A program made the position numbers and the translations under genes. Below are positions 1-9,740 of a stretch of DNA of 48,615 nt, piece by piece. Source of the stretch: Gemmatimonadota bacterium (GTDB taxonomy: Bacteria > Gemmatimonadota > Gemmatimonadetes > Gemmatimonadales > GWC2-71-9); the NCBI GenBank assembly GCA_039586365.1, contig JBDHKN010000073.1, positions 1-48,615 of the forward strand, in the 5' to 3' direction. Every line of letters starts with the position of its first letter. The first letter of the stretch is position 1. The notes under the pieces are model-generated. The model had not been told where the DNA came from. It did not search any database and saw only the letters and a list, made by a program, of their open reading frames with translations.

Positions 1-1140
1 GATGACCCGGGTTGACCGTCCCTCAAGTGCCTCTTCGGCGTTGGTGATGAGGTCCGTGAAGACCTTCTGGAGATCACCGGCCGCCAACATTATGGTCGGC
101 AGATATCGGTCCAACGTCACACGATACTCAATGTCGCCGAGCCGGCCGCTCTCCCGTTTCTGCTCAATGGCATCACGTAGCAGGTCGTTCACTTGTACGT
201 TGCTAACGTGCCCATCAGATCTGGACCCCAGGTGGAGGAGGGTCCTTGCTACCTGTGAAGCTCGATCGATCTCGCGCATGATGACATTGGCCGACTTCGC
301 AATGTCTTCGTCCTCGGTGCTGGAGAGGATGAGTTCGCCCTCCATTCTCGCAGCGGCGAGGGGATTGTTCACCTCATGCGCCACACTGGCCGCCAGTCCG
401 GCGGCGATCAGTCTTCTTTCGCGAGAAATCGTGTCACGCTGGGCCCATAGCTCGTCGGTGCGGTCGACAAGAACCAGGATTAGGTCATCTCCCCCACCAG
501 GTGTGAACTGGTCCAGGTACAGATCATAGACCTGCTGCTGGCCCAGTCGCGTCATCGTCGCCCGTCCAGTCCAGCACTCTCCCTTACCCACAACGTCCAA
601 GGCCTGTTCGAGGATCCCATCTCCAAACATTAGGGGCAGTGACGCTAGCCGGCGCTCGGCTAGTCCCTCAGACGCAACATCGAACAGAGCGGCGAACTTC
701 TGGTTGGCCTGGACCAGCTCCCCTGATGATCTGACAAGGGCTGCTGGCAATGGACTTGCGTCGAGGGCCGCTCGGGGCACACACACCTCCTCAGGTACGA
801 TGTGGCGCTTGTCCACCAGCAGTCCCAGGACACCGACGGCCTCCAGCAACTCATCGAAGTCAGGTGTGGCAGGGATTGGCACCGCGGAGTCGATCTTGAC
901 CTCGACCCGCAGCCGCCCGCCGACATCTTCCCACCGTCGCGACTCCCGGAAACCACGTGATCCGGCTGAGCCCGCTATAGTGAACGCTTCAGTGCCCCCA
1001 CATCTGTACGTAATGCGAACTTCAGCACCGTCGGACCACTTGGACAAGGTCTCCGCCACGGAATTCACAAACGGATCGATTCCAGTAGAATCTCTCGCAG
1101 CGCGCATTACATCGATTACGAGTGCGGTCGGACGTTCCAC
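1..1140 (-). CDS. PAS-containing sensor histidine kinase, 3' end beyond window
   Basis: Not in the ORF track. Manual translation of the minus frame gives H-box LAASVAHEVNNPL, N-box LQKVFTDLITNAEEAL and a PAS-like segment (LPAALVRSSGELVQANQKFAALF). Start is GTG 1140 or ATG 1107. Confidence 0.88.
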   Translation of the reverse strand, partial: MERPTALVIDVMRAARDSTGIDPFVNSVAETLSKWSDGAEVRITYRCGGTEAFTIAGSAGSRGFRESRRWEDVGGRLRVEVKIDSAVPIPATPDFDELLEAVGVLGLLVDKRHIVPEEVCVPRAALDASPLPAALVRSSGELVQANQKFAALFDVASEGLAERRLASLPLMFGDGILEQALDVVGKGECWTGRATMTRLGQQQVYDLYLDQFTPGGGDDLILVLVDRTDELWAQRDTISRERRLIAAGLAASVAHEVNNPLAAARMEGELILSSTEDEDIAKSANVIMREIDRASQVARTLLHLGSRSDGHVSNVQVNDLLRDAIEQKRESGRLGDIEYRVTLDRYLPTIMLAAGDLQKVFTDLITNAEEALEGRSTRVI

Positions 1141-1545
1141 GCCAGCTCTCAAGATTCGACGGATTGTGAATCTACTGCCCTAAACTAGGAATCACAGGTT
1201 TGGACAGCCAGTGATTGGTGGCTCTCGGGAGATGGGTAGCTTGGCCTGAGAATCGTCTGTCCCCTGTCACCCACGAAGGTCAATTGCCACGCCGATTCGC
1301 ACACGTGTGTGTAGCTGGGATCCGCTGAAACGGCCTACTACTCGGGAGCTAGCAATACCGGATGTCGCTGGCCGCCGTGACAGCGGACGCTCGAGCAAGT
1401 CAGAGACCTATCAGCCCAGCAGGTGCGCAGCTACACACCCAACGCGTTTGCCCAGTCAGCTAGGATTTTGAGTCTCACAGGTGGCAGAAGTGGTTCACTT
1501 TAGCCTGAGCTGCATCTCTGGACTAGCGCAATTGTGATGCGGGAT

Positions 1546-1574
1546 TTGACTTCGCCGTTCTACTTGGCCATGTT
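1546..1574 (+). promoter_or_regulatory. Putative sigma70 promoter of fusA-like gene
   Basis: TTGACT-17 nt-CATGTT, followed by SD AGGAGG (1590-1595) and ATG 1604. Confidence 0.45.
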
Positions 1575-1603
1575 CCCCGTCCCCAATTCAGGAGGTGTGG
1601 CAT

Positions 1604-3703
1604 ATGCGTGTCTATGCAGGTGATGCCATCCGCAATGTCGCGGTGGTCGGCCATGGTGCGAGTGGCAAGACAACCCTGGTCGACGCACTCGCCTTTGTGG
1701 CTGGCAGCAGTAAGCGACACGGATCAGTTCCCGACGGTACGGCTCTCACCGACTACACTCCAGACGAGATCGAACGGAAGTACTCCATCAGCTTGGCATT
1801 GGCCTACGCCGAGTGGCAGGACACCAAGATCAACCTCATCGACACACCCGGATATCTCGACTTCACCGGTGATGCCATGGCAGGGATCTATGCGGCCGAC
1901 GCCGTGCTGGTGGTCGTTGGAGCCACATCCGGTGTGGAGGTGGGGACTGAGAAAGTCTGGGAGTACGCGGCGCAGCGAGGGGTTCCGCGGCTGTTCATGG
2001 TTACGATGCTCGACAAGGAGCATGCAGACTTCGAGCGGGTCTACAGGGATATCAAAGAGCATCTTACAACAGGGGTCGTTCCAGTTGAAATCCCGGTTGG
2101 CGAGGGGCCAGAGTTTCACGGAATCGTCAATCTGTTTTCCAAGAAATGCCACATGTACAAACAGGGTACCAAGACTGGCGAATATGAGGAGGTCGCTGTA
2201 CCCGAGCAGTATACGGAGCGATTGGCGCAGTATTCACAGGAGTTGATTGAGACGATCGCGACGACCGACGACGCCATTCTTGAGCGCTACCTCAGCGGTG
2301 AAGAGATCTCGCGGGATGAGGCGATTGCAGCATTGAAGGCCGGGATGGCCAAAGGTGAGCTATGCCCGCTGCTGTGCGGATCCGCCCAGCTTACCTACGG
2401 GATGCAGGCTCTGCTCACGAAGCTGGTCGAGGTCGTACCTGCACCCACAGAGTGTCCCGCAGTCGCTGCCCAGAAGTGGGGCAGTGCCGAAGAGATTGAA
2501 CTCGAGGCCAAGGACGACGGTCCGTTCGTCGCTCAGGTGTTTAAGACTGTCTCGGAACCCCACGTCGGGGACGTGTCGCTATTCAGGATCTACTCCGGCA
2601 AGATCGGGAATGGAGCGGAGGTCTACAACGCGCCACGGAGCGTGCAGGAGAAGCTAAATCACTTGTCTGTGGCTCTGGGTAAGGAACGGTCGGAGGTGTT
2701 GGAGTTGCGGGCTGGTGATATCGGTGTGGTTGCAAAACTGAAAGACACGCACACCAACGACACTCTCTCGATGCAGAGCACGCAGGTTGTGATACCGAAG
2801 ATCCCGTTCCCCGAGCCCCTCATCGTCATGGCCATCGCGGTAACGACACGTGGAGAGGAAGACAAGCTGTCCACCGGTCTGCAGAAGCTCCACGACGAGG
2901 ACCCGACCTTCCATCACCACTTCAACTCTGAGCTGAGGCAAACGCTGATCAGCGGCAGGGGGGAACGCCACTTAGAAATCATCGTGAACAGGTTGGAGCG
3001 GAAGTTCGGCGTCCACTCCCAGCTGCTGAAGCCCAAGGTTGCCTACCGTGAGACGTTCAGAGGCAAAGGAGAAGGTCAGGGCAAGCACAAGAAACAATCG
3101 GGAGGGCGGGGGCAATATGGTGACTGTCGGATTCGGATGGCACCCAAGCCGGGCGGAAGTGGCTATGAATTCGTGAATTCAATCGTAGGTGGCGCGATTC
3201 CCTCCAAGTACATACCGGCTGTGGACAGAGGCATCCAGGAAGCGGCTGCCCGGGGAGTGCTCGCTGGGGCGCCGGTCGTTGACTTCATGGCCGAGTGCTA
3301 TGATGGCAGCTACCACAACGTGGATAGCAGCGAACAGTCGTTCAAGATGGCGGGGATCATGGCGTTCAGGAATGTCGCGGCGAAATGCAAGCCTGTAATC
3401 CTGGAGCCCATTCTAGAGGTCGAGGTGTGGACCCCAGATGACAACCTCGGTGACGTGATGGGAGATCTGTCCTCACGCCGGGGACAGATACTTGGGACGG
3501 AGCAGGACCGTCGCCTGATCAAGGTCAAAGCGCTCGTGCCGGAAGCAGAAATGTACCGTTACTCTACGCAGCTGCATTCCTTGACTAGAGGTCGGGGTAC
3601 GTTCACGTGGAAGTTCTCGAGCTATCAGGACGTCCCCTCCGACGTCGCCCAGAAGATCGTTGAGGACAAGCAGAAGGAGGATGAGGAGGCCGCCAAGGGC
3701 TGA
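1604..3703 (+). CDS. fusA: Elongation factor G paralog (EF-G2 type)
   Basis: G1 GHGASGKTT, DTPGY, EDPT, GERHL, KKQSGGRGQYG, DGSYH, ILEP motifs. About 700 aa and not in the rpsL-rpsG-tuf operon. Start set at ATG 1604 by the SD. Confidence 0.93.
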   Translation: MRVYAGDAIRNVAVVGHGASGKTTLVDALAFVAGSSKRHGSVPDGTALTDYTPDEIERKYSISLALAYAEWQDTKINLIDTPGYLDFTGDAMAGIYAADAVLVVVGATSGVEVGTEKVWEYAAQRGVPRLFMVTMLDKEHADFERVYRDIKEHLTTGVVPVEIPVGEGPEFHGIVNLFSKKCHMYKQGTKTGEYEEVAVPEQYTERLAQYSQELIETIATTDDAILERYLSGEEISRDEAIAALKAGMAKGELCPLLCGSAQLTYGMQALLTKLVEVVPAPTECPAVAAQKWGSAEEIELEAKDDGPFVAQVFKTVSEPHVGDVSLFRIYSGKIGNGAEVYNAPRSVQEKLNHLSVALGKERSEVLELRAGDIGVVAKLKDTHTNDTLSMQSTQVVIPKIPFPEPLIVMAIAVTTRGEEDKLSTGLQKLHDEDPTFHHHFNSELRQTLISGRGERHLEIIVNRLERKFGVHSQLLKPKVAYRETFRGKGEGQGKHKKQSGGRGQYGDCRIRMAPKPGGSGYEFVNSIVGGAIPSKYIPAVDRGIQEAAARGVLAGAPVVDFMAECYDGSYHNVDSSEQSFKMAGIMAFRNVAAKCKPVILEPILEVEVWTPDDNLGDVMGDLSSRRGQILGTEQDRRLIKVKALVPEAEMYRYSTQLHSLTRGRGTFTWKFSSYQDVPSDVAQKIVEDKQKEDEEAAKG

Positions 3704-3726
3704 CCGTAGTGGTCAACCTCTGCGGT

Positions 3727-3762
3727 CGAGCGCCAAGGACCCATGCCGGTTCTTGGCGCTCG
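3727..3762. terminator. 15-bp hairpin between convergent fusA and folA, probable bidirectional terminator
   Basis: CGAGCGCCAAGGACC-6 nt-GGTTCTTGGCGCTCG with one G-U pair; U-tract is weak. Confidence 0.6.
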
Positions 3763-3822
3763 GTCTTGTCGCGGCGGGCTCTCAAACAACAGACTGAGTG
3801 ATACTAGGCGCCGTGCTGAGTG

Positions 3823-4314
3823 CTATAGAGTGCGGCGCTCGTAGAGCCTGAAACTGAACGAGTGGGAGTGTTTCTCGTCGGCTTCATGGTGGATGTCTTC
3901 TTTGAGGATCCAATCGGCCTCAGTGAACTTGGGAAAGAAGGTGTCACCCTCAAACTCAGAGTGCACGATCGTTAAATACAGTCGACCTACCAGGGGCATT
4001 GCCTGTTCGTAGATCTCGCCTCCGCCAACTACAAACACCTCGTCATCCTCGGGAGCCAAACTGAGAGCCTCATCGAAGTCATGTACCACGAATGCGCCTC
4101 TGGCTTGATAGGCTCGATCCCTCGTCAGCACGACGTTGCGTCGATTTGGCAAAGGTCGTCGCAGGGTTTCGAAGGTTCTTCGCCCCATGACGATCGTGTG
4201 ACCTGAGGTGAGCTCTTTGAAGTGCTTCATGTCGGTGGGCAGGTGCCAGGGAAGCGCATCTTCGGCTCCAATCACGCCGTTCTCGGCCACTGCCGCCACG
4301 ATTGAGATGATTAT
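3823..4314 (-). CDS. folA: Dihydrofolate reductase
   Basis: [49 protein letters not shown]. The typical N-terminus (M)IISIVAA begins at ATA 4314; the ORF track uses GTG 4299. Confidence 0.95.
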   Translation of the reverse strand: MIISIVAAVAENGVIGAEDALPWHLPTDMKHFKELTSGHTIVMGRRTFETLRRPLPNRRNVVLTRDRAYQARGAFVVHDFDEALSLAPEDDEVFVVGGGEIYEQAMPLVGRLYLTIVHSEFEGDTFFPKFTEADWILKEDIHHEADEKHSHSFSFRLYERRTL

Positions 4315-5105
4315 ACCGCCACCTTTGCGGGGATGTGTGGGTGTGGGTCGTAGCCTGCGAGCGTGAAGTCTTCGTAACTAAAGTCGAAGACCGACTTCAC
4401 CTGAGGATTGAGAGTCATTGTCGGCAGGCGCCTTGGCTTGCGAGAGAGTTGGAGACGAGCCTGTTCCAGGTGATTTGTGTAGAGGTGGGCGTCGCCGAAG
4501 GTGTGGATGAACTCGCCTGGTAGAAGACCGGTTACGTGCGCCAGCATCATCGTGAGTAGCGAATAGGAGGCGATGTTGAATGGCACCCCCAAGAACAGGT
4601 CGGCACTCCGTTGGTACAGCTGGCATGACAGCCTCCCTTCCACAACGTAGAACTGAAAAAGCACATGACAGGGGGGCAACGCCATTCTGGGAATGTCTCC
4701 GACGTTCCAGGCGCTTACCACGATTCTCCTGGAGTCGGGATCCTTGATTGTCTGGTTGACAACGGCACTGATCTGATCGACATGCTTCCCCTCGGGTGTG
4801 GGCCATGAACGCCACTGGTATCCGTAGATCGGTCCAAGATCACCCCGTTCATCCGCCCACTCGTCCCATATGGTCACGCCGTGTTCAGTAAGGTAGCCAA
4901 CGTTGGTGTCTCCCCGCAGGAACCAGAGGAGCTCATGTATGATAGACTTGAGATGGATCCTCTTCGTCGTAATGGCGGGAAACCCGGATTCGAGATCGAA
5001 CCTCATTTGGTATCCGAACACGCTGAGTGTGCCAGTTCCTGTTCGGTCTGCTTTTGGCTTGCCATTCTCAAGAACGTATCTGATGAGATCTAGATATTGC
5101 TTCAT
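4311..5105 (-). CDS. thyA: Thymidylate synthase
   Basis: DRTGTGT, ELLWFL, IWDEWA, SRR, ALPPCH, QRSAD, GVPFN; 264 aa. Confidence 0.98.
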   Translation of the reverse strand: MKQYLDLIRYVLENGKPKADRTGTGTLSVFGYQMRFDLESGFPAITTKRIHLKSIIHELLWFLRGDTNVGYLTEHGVTIWDEWADERGDLGPIYGYQWRSWPTPEGKHVDQISAVVNQTIKDPDSRRIVVSAWNVGDIPRMALPPCHVLFQFYVVEGRLSCQLYQRSADLFLGVPFNIASYSLLTMMLAHVTGLLPGEFIHTFGDAHLYTNHLEQARLQLSRKPRRLPTMTLNPQVKSVFDFSYEDFTLAGYDPHPHIPAKVAV

Positions 5106-5176
5106 ATCTCCTAACTTAGCAGGACGTCGCCAGGGCTCACGAGCCCAACGTCAATCAAGGGCTGGCGTATTGCTAC

Positions 5177-6268
5177 CTACAAGGCTTCGTGGAGGGCGGT
5201 GCGCTGAGCTAGGTAACGCCTCCACCAACGTTCACCAGCAAGTCTACGGAAGTAACCCTTTACCAAGACATTGACCGGAGCAACAAACTTGGTTGCCATG
5301 AGTGTCCGATGGACTTCTCCGCGCGTGATCTTGAGCTTGTAGTTCGGATCCAGCAACCGCGGGTCCCGCTCAGCTAGCCGGATCGTCCTCACAGCGAAGT
5401 AGAACGCAGTGAGGCAGAATGCACGGACTCGGAACAGCCGCCTGGGCAGTGTGGTCGAGTATTCGAGTGCATCGCATAAGTGACCCTTGGCTCTGTCGAT
5501 GAGCAGGTTCATTGCCTGCGGCGACTCAGACTGGTGATTCCCGGCTTGAACTTCCTCAGGTGTCTTGCACACAGCCAAGTGCAGCTGGCGGGGCACGAAG
5601 CTACGACCGCGCTGTCGGTCGTCAGCCACATCCTTGATTATGTTGGTCAACTGCAGTCCGAGGCCAAAACTGGTCGCGAGCGATTTCATCCTCGCATACC
5701 GCCTACTATTGATCGACGAATGTTGACCAAAGAGTTCCGTGAGGAGGTGGCCTACCGTACCGGCAACATAGTAGCAGTAGCGCTCGAGGTCCTGAATGGT
5801 GCGTATAGAATCGGAACTCTGTACGGATTCATGTGGGGAGTTGCCAGTAAACTCGGCCATACCGTTGCACATCTCCTCGACCCACGGCCGTACCGTAGAG
5901 CGTTGGGCGGACGGCAGCCGACGGAATTCGCGCAACACGGTGTCGGCTTCCTTGGCCAGCAACTCATCGTCCCCTGTATACGTCTCGAATGCGACGCGGA
6001 GCGGCTCAGCGTCGGGACCGTCTTCAGCAAGACAATCGCTGAAGTGGGTGAGTAGCCTCCGTTTTTCGGTGGGAACCAGCAAAGTTGTGTCCTCCACCGT
6101 GTCTGCAACACGGCACAACAGATAGGAAACCAAGACTGGGTGCTCGAGCTTCGGTGGCAACAGCCGAATGCAAATGGCAAATGTGCGGGATACTCGCGGC
6201 AGCATCGTCCGGCAGAAATCACGATCCTCAGTCGAGCGTGGGTCTACGGCAGCAGTAGCTACGCTCAC
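5177..6268 (-). CDS. Squalene/phytoene synthase family, squalene-synthase-like
   Basis: VSRTFA, YLLCRVADTVED, YCYYVAGTVG, GLGLQLTNIIKDVADD. Likely start is GTG 6268, overlapping the upstream TGA (GTGA). Confidence 0.88.
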   Translation of the reverse strand: MSVATAAVDPRSTEDRDFCRTMLPRVSRTFAICIRLLPPKLEHPVLVSYLLCRVADTVEDTTLLVPTEKRRLLTHFSDCLAEDGPDAEPLRVAFETYTGDDELLAKEADTVLREFRRLPSAQRSTVRPWVEEMCNGMAEFTGNSPHESVQSSDSIRTIQDLERYCYYVAGTVGHLLTELFGQHSSINSRRYARMKSLATSFGLGLQLTNIIKDVADDRQRGRSFVPRQLHLAVCKTPEEVQAGNHQSESPQAMNLLIDRAKGHLCDALEYSTTLPRRLFRVRAFCLTAFYFAVRTIRLAERDPRLLDPNYKLKITRGEVHRTLMATKFVAPVNVLVKGYFRRLAGERWWRRYLAQRTALHEAL

Positions 6269-7494
6269 AGACGGTAATCGCTCGATGGAGGACGACGCCA
6301 CGTGGGCACGAGCGTGCGCCATGAGAAGACTTCTTGGGGATTTGTGGTCTCATTTAGGATTCCTGCGGCCGCTTGGCGCAGCGCTGTGCTGTAGCGAACT
6401 CGTGCGGCCAGCAGATTCAACAACCAGGGTCGCGCCAGCCATCGCTGAGCCGCACGGTAGCCGACGTACCGGGGCGCAAGTTCCTGTTCAATCAGCCCTG
6501 AAAGCTCCCGTAGCAGGCCGCAGTCCCCTTTCTCTAGGGCGCGATGGATTTGCGCGGCAGCCAGGACTCCGGTTTCCATGGCCTTGCCGATACCTTCGCC
6601 GGTGAACGGATAGGTAGCACCGATAGCTTCGCCGATCGAAACTATGCTGGCGCCACTGTGTATCGCTGCTCCTGCAAGTCCGGCCCTGATCCTGGCACCG
6701 CGCAGGCGAGTAAGTAGCTGCCCTTGCTGGAGCAGGTCCCGCGCAATCTGTGCCTTGGTGACGAAGCGTGTAAATGCTTCACGGAGATTCATAGTGCCTG
6801 GCCGTCGCTCATCATAGAAGACTCCACAGCCTATGTTGTACTGTCGTTTCCCCATTGGGAAGATCCACGCGTACCCGGGAATTACGGACCGATCAAACGA
6901 TACTATGAGTTCGTTGATCTCCAGCGACGACTCCGCATAGCACCGCAGTGCGAGCGCGCTCGGGCCGGGTCGCTCAACCATCCCTAGTGTCCCGAGCAAC
7001 GAGACGTCAGCCCCTGTAGCGAGGATCGCGATTTTCGCGCGAACAGTTACCTGCGAGTTCTTGATCGATACGGCAACTCCTCCACCGGCTTCTTGGAGAA
7101 GGCGATCTACGGTGGCCACTCTGAAAGTGGCACCGCTTGCGATTGCTCGTGTAAGGATCAGCGCGTCGAGTACCTCTCTTCTCAGAGTAACGCATTCTGC
7201 CGGAATCTCCACGCGGACTCCGGAAGGACTCAGTACGGTAAGGTGATCGACACTATGTCCTTCGCGCAACACTGTTTCGAGAAGGCCCAGCGTGCGAAGC
7301 GCGTTCAAGGCATCAGGTATGAGAGCGTCCCCGCAGACTTTCTCGCGCGGAAAGGAGTGCCGGTCTAGCACCAAGACTGTGTGGCCGCTTGAGGCAAGGT
7401 GCGCCGCGGCAGTTGCACCGGCAGGCCCTGCACCAACCACCACGACGTCCCACAGACGGTCGTCGGAGTCACCGAGGTGATGTTCCAAAGCCAA
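6265..7494 (-). CDS. Geranylgeranyl reductase family FAD-dependent oxidoreductase
   Basis: DVVVVGAGPAG, FPREKVCGDAL, ATGA, GYAWIFP, PFTGEGIGKAMETG. Confidence 0.88.
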   Translation of the reverse strand: MALEHHLGDSDDRLWDVVVVGAGPAGATAAAHLASSGHTVLVLDRHSFPREKVCGDALIPDALNALRTLGLLETVLREGHSVDHLTVLSPSGVRVEIPAECVTLRREVLDALILTRAIASGATFRVATVDRLLQEAGGGVAVSIKNSQVTVRAKIAILATGADVSLLGTLGMVERPGPSALALRCYAESSLEINELIVSFDRSVIPGYAWIFPMGKRQYNIGCGVFYDERRPGTMNLREAFTRFVTKAQIARDLLQQGQLLTRLRGARIRAGLAGAAIHSGASIVSIGEAIGATYPFTGEGIGKAMETGVLAAAQIHRALEKGDCGLLRELSGLIEQELAPRYVGYRAAQRWLARPWLLNLLAARVRYSTALRQAAAGILNETTNPQEVFSWRTLVPTWRRPPSSDYRL

Positions 7495-8020
7495 CTCGCG
7501 AGACCGATCTAGTGGGCAGCCGGGTCTTCAGTTCGCCGAATATGCGACGCAGCAGCTCACTCCCGGGATGGCCATCGGGCACAGGGATTTCTCTCTCCCG
7601 CATCGGCAAGGAAGGATCAACAACTCGACGCCGCACGACTTCTCCCACGACTACAGTCTGGTGTTCAGCAATGAGATCCGCCCAGAACCGAACACGAATT
7701 GTTGCCTCGGCATCCAGACTCCCAGGGCTTCCACGGCGGCCGGTCGCGATGTTGAACCACTTGGTCTCCAGGTATCCTTCAACAGGGCTGGAGGCTTCAA
7801 GCTCCAAACCTTCAGACACCAGCAACTCGCCTGCCAGCTCAATTGCGTCTTCCGGATGACTGGACACCGTATCTGAGACAGCTATAGGGAACGGTAGGAA
7901 GTGTGGTCTTACTCCTCCTGCCCCGCAGGCCACGCCGATCAGTGCAATTGTCCAGAGACCAAAGGCTGCGAATCCGATGCCGCCTAGCATCGTTGCATCA
8001 ACTCTCCCGATCTCATTCAT
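7469..8020 (-). CDS. Hypothetical protein, possible lipoprotein
   Basis: Hydrophobic N-terminus ending in VACG; co-oriented in the operon-like run. Confidence 0.6.
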   Translation of the reverse strand: MNEIGRVDATMLGGIGFAAFGLWTIALIGVACGAGGVRPHFLPFPIAVSDTVSSHPEDAIELAGELLVSEGLELEASSPVEGYLETKWFNIATGRRGSPGSLDAEATIRVRFWADLIAEHQTVVVGEVVRRRVVDPSLPMREREIPVPDGHPGSELLRRIFGELKTRLPTRSVSRVGFGTSPR

Positions 8021-8069
8021 CTAGTTGCAGTGGGGCCACTGTGGTTAAGGGTCAAAGCTGAGCCGTCGC

Positions 8070-8894
8070 TCAGAGATTTCTCCGAATTTCTTCAGCTATT
8101 CGGTCGATCACATTCACGTTGGGTCTTCCGAGCTTGCGTCTCTGATCGAGATCGCCGTGCTCCAGCCGGTCCAGGATCTGCTCCAGAGCCACCCGGAATT
8201 CCTCTAGTTGGCTCCGGCGTGACCGCGCGATTAGAATCGCAAGAGGTGCACCGAGTGCCAACGGCACGACGGCTACCGGGGCCATGACGCCGAGTACCAG
8301 AGCCACTCCAGTGGTAGCCGCACCGGCACTGATCGTCAGTCCACTCCCTACCAGACGCTCGTTGCGGGTGTTCGACAGATCAGCAACGAGCTGTACGAGA
8401 CATCGCAGCTCGTCGAGCGACGCCACTTGTGTCACAACCTTCTTCGCGCGCGCCAGCAAGTATTTGTGGCCGCCGAAGCCAAATGACCGTCTAAGTGATG
8501 CCCAGGCACCTTCCTTTCGCTCGTATGACACGCGATCCGGATACCGGCGCCTGACCTGCAATAGTTCGCCCTCTAACATCCAATGAGAAAGAGCGTCTTC
8601 GATCTTACTCTGATCACCCGCTATCGTTCGCACGGCAGCAACTTGTCTCGCACCAACGAGCCAGGTAATCGCCGAACTTTCTGTTGCAGCGAGCGCTCGG
8701 GTCCGCTCCTCCTGCATGGCCCGGCGGAGGTGAGTTGGTGCGATCCCGACCTCCTCACCGAGCGACAACAGTTCCTCTTCGGTCAGACCCTCACCGAGTT
8801 CGGCTGCACTCGTCTGGAGTTCGGTGGCCCGTTGGATGATCCGCCGCAATGCTTGTTCGTCAATGCGTCGCGGTACTGGCAGGTGGTTGCTCAT
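8070..8894 (-). CDS. Hypothetical membrane protein
   Basis: N-terminal helical motif (ALRRIIQRATELQ...LTEEELLSLGEEVGI) and two C-terminal hydrophobic helices; begins 7 nt after the SPFH stop. Confidence 0.75.
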   Translation of the reverse strand: MSNHLPVPRRIDEQALRRIIQRATELQTSAAELGEGLTEEELLSLGEEVGIAPTHLRRAMQEERTRALAATESSAITWLVGARQVAAVRTIAGDQSKIEDALSHWMLEGELLQVRRRYPDRVSYERKEGAWASLRRSFGFGGHKYLLARAKKVVTQVASLDELRCLVQLVADLSNTRNERLVGSGLTISAGAATTGVALVLGVMAPVAVVPLALGAPLAILIARSRRSQLEEFRVALEQILDRLEHGDLDQRRKLGRPNVNVIDRIAEEIRRNL

Positions 8895-8901
8895 ATCGGC
8901 A

Positions 8902-9738
8902 TCAGGGTTGTTGCGTTTCCTGCTCAGACACTCTGGTCGCTGGCATGGGGGTTCCGGTCGATTCCGGCAATCTCCTTTCGGCCTTTTCGGTGAGCTTCCT
9001 TGCCAGATCAGTAAACGGTTTTATGAGGTCGATCGGCAATGGTAACACCACCGTCGATGTGGTCTCACTGGAGATCTCGACAACCGTCTGCAGCATTCTG
9101 AGCATCAACGCGGAGGGCTCAGTGCTGATGATGCTTGCTGCTTCCTGTAGTTTGCCAGCCGCCTGGTACTCTCCGTCGGCGGCAATGACCTTGGCGCGCC
9201 TCTCGCGTTCGGCCTCGGCTTGTCGCGCCATGGCACGCTTCATTTCGACCGGGAGATCGACGTCCTTCACTTCCACGGCAGAAACCTCGACACCCCAAGG
9301 CTCTGTCCGTTCGTCGACTATTTCTTTCAAGATTGAGTTGATCTTCTCGCGATCCGCCAGCAGTTCGTCTAGGTCCGCCTGACCCAACACACTTCTCAAC
9401 GTGGTCTGAGCGAGTTGACTGGTTGCGAACAAGTAATCCTCAATCTCGATGACGGCCATGTCGGGGTTTTTTACCCGCATGTACAGGACTGCGTTGACTT
9501 TGATTGAGACATTATCCCGAGTGATCACATCCTGTGGCTTGATGTCCATGGCAATTATGCGCAGGGAGATCCGCCGCATCTTGGCCACACCTGCCGGCAC
9601 AAAGACCAGCCCAGGGCCCTTGGTAGCCCAGAATTTGCCAAGCAAGAACGTCACACCGCGCTCGTACTGCTTGAGAATGCGCAGGCTGCTGAACAAGTAC
9701 AGGACCGTAGCCCCCAGAGCGCCAAGTAGTATCTCCAT
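8902..9738 (-). CDS. SPFH/band 7 stomatin-like (slipin) protein
   Basis: [46 protein letters not shown]. Confidence 0.93.
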   Translation of the reverse strand: MEILLGALGATVLYLFSSLRILKQYERGVTFLLGKFWATKGPGLVFVPAGVAKMRRISLRIIAMDIKPQDVITRDNVSIKVNAVLYMRVKNPDMAVIEIEDYLFATSQLAQTTLRSVLGQADLDELLADREKINSILKEIVDERTEPWGVEVSAVEVKDVDLPVEMKRAMARQAEAERERRAKVIAADGEYQAAGKLQEAASIISTEPSALMLRMLQTVVEISSETTSTVVLPLPIDLIKPFTDLARKLTEKAERRLPESTGTPMPATRVSEQETQQP

Positions 9739-9740
9739 GA

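Noticed and set aside
2..1183. Plus-strand ORFs 2..529 and 704..1183
   Set aside because: Antisense shadows of the histidine kinase; no recognisable motifs.
1141..1545. Possible riboswitch or sigma54 site; palindrome CACACGTGTG at 1300-1309
   Set aside because: No recognisable aptamer consensus or correctly spaced GG-N10-GC element; one 10-bp palindrome is expected by chance.
6265..6322. 58-nt overlap between reductase and synthase suggesting a frameshifted fusion
   Set aside because: GTG 6268 gives a standard 4-nt overlap and both proteins look complete.
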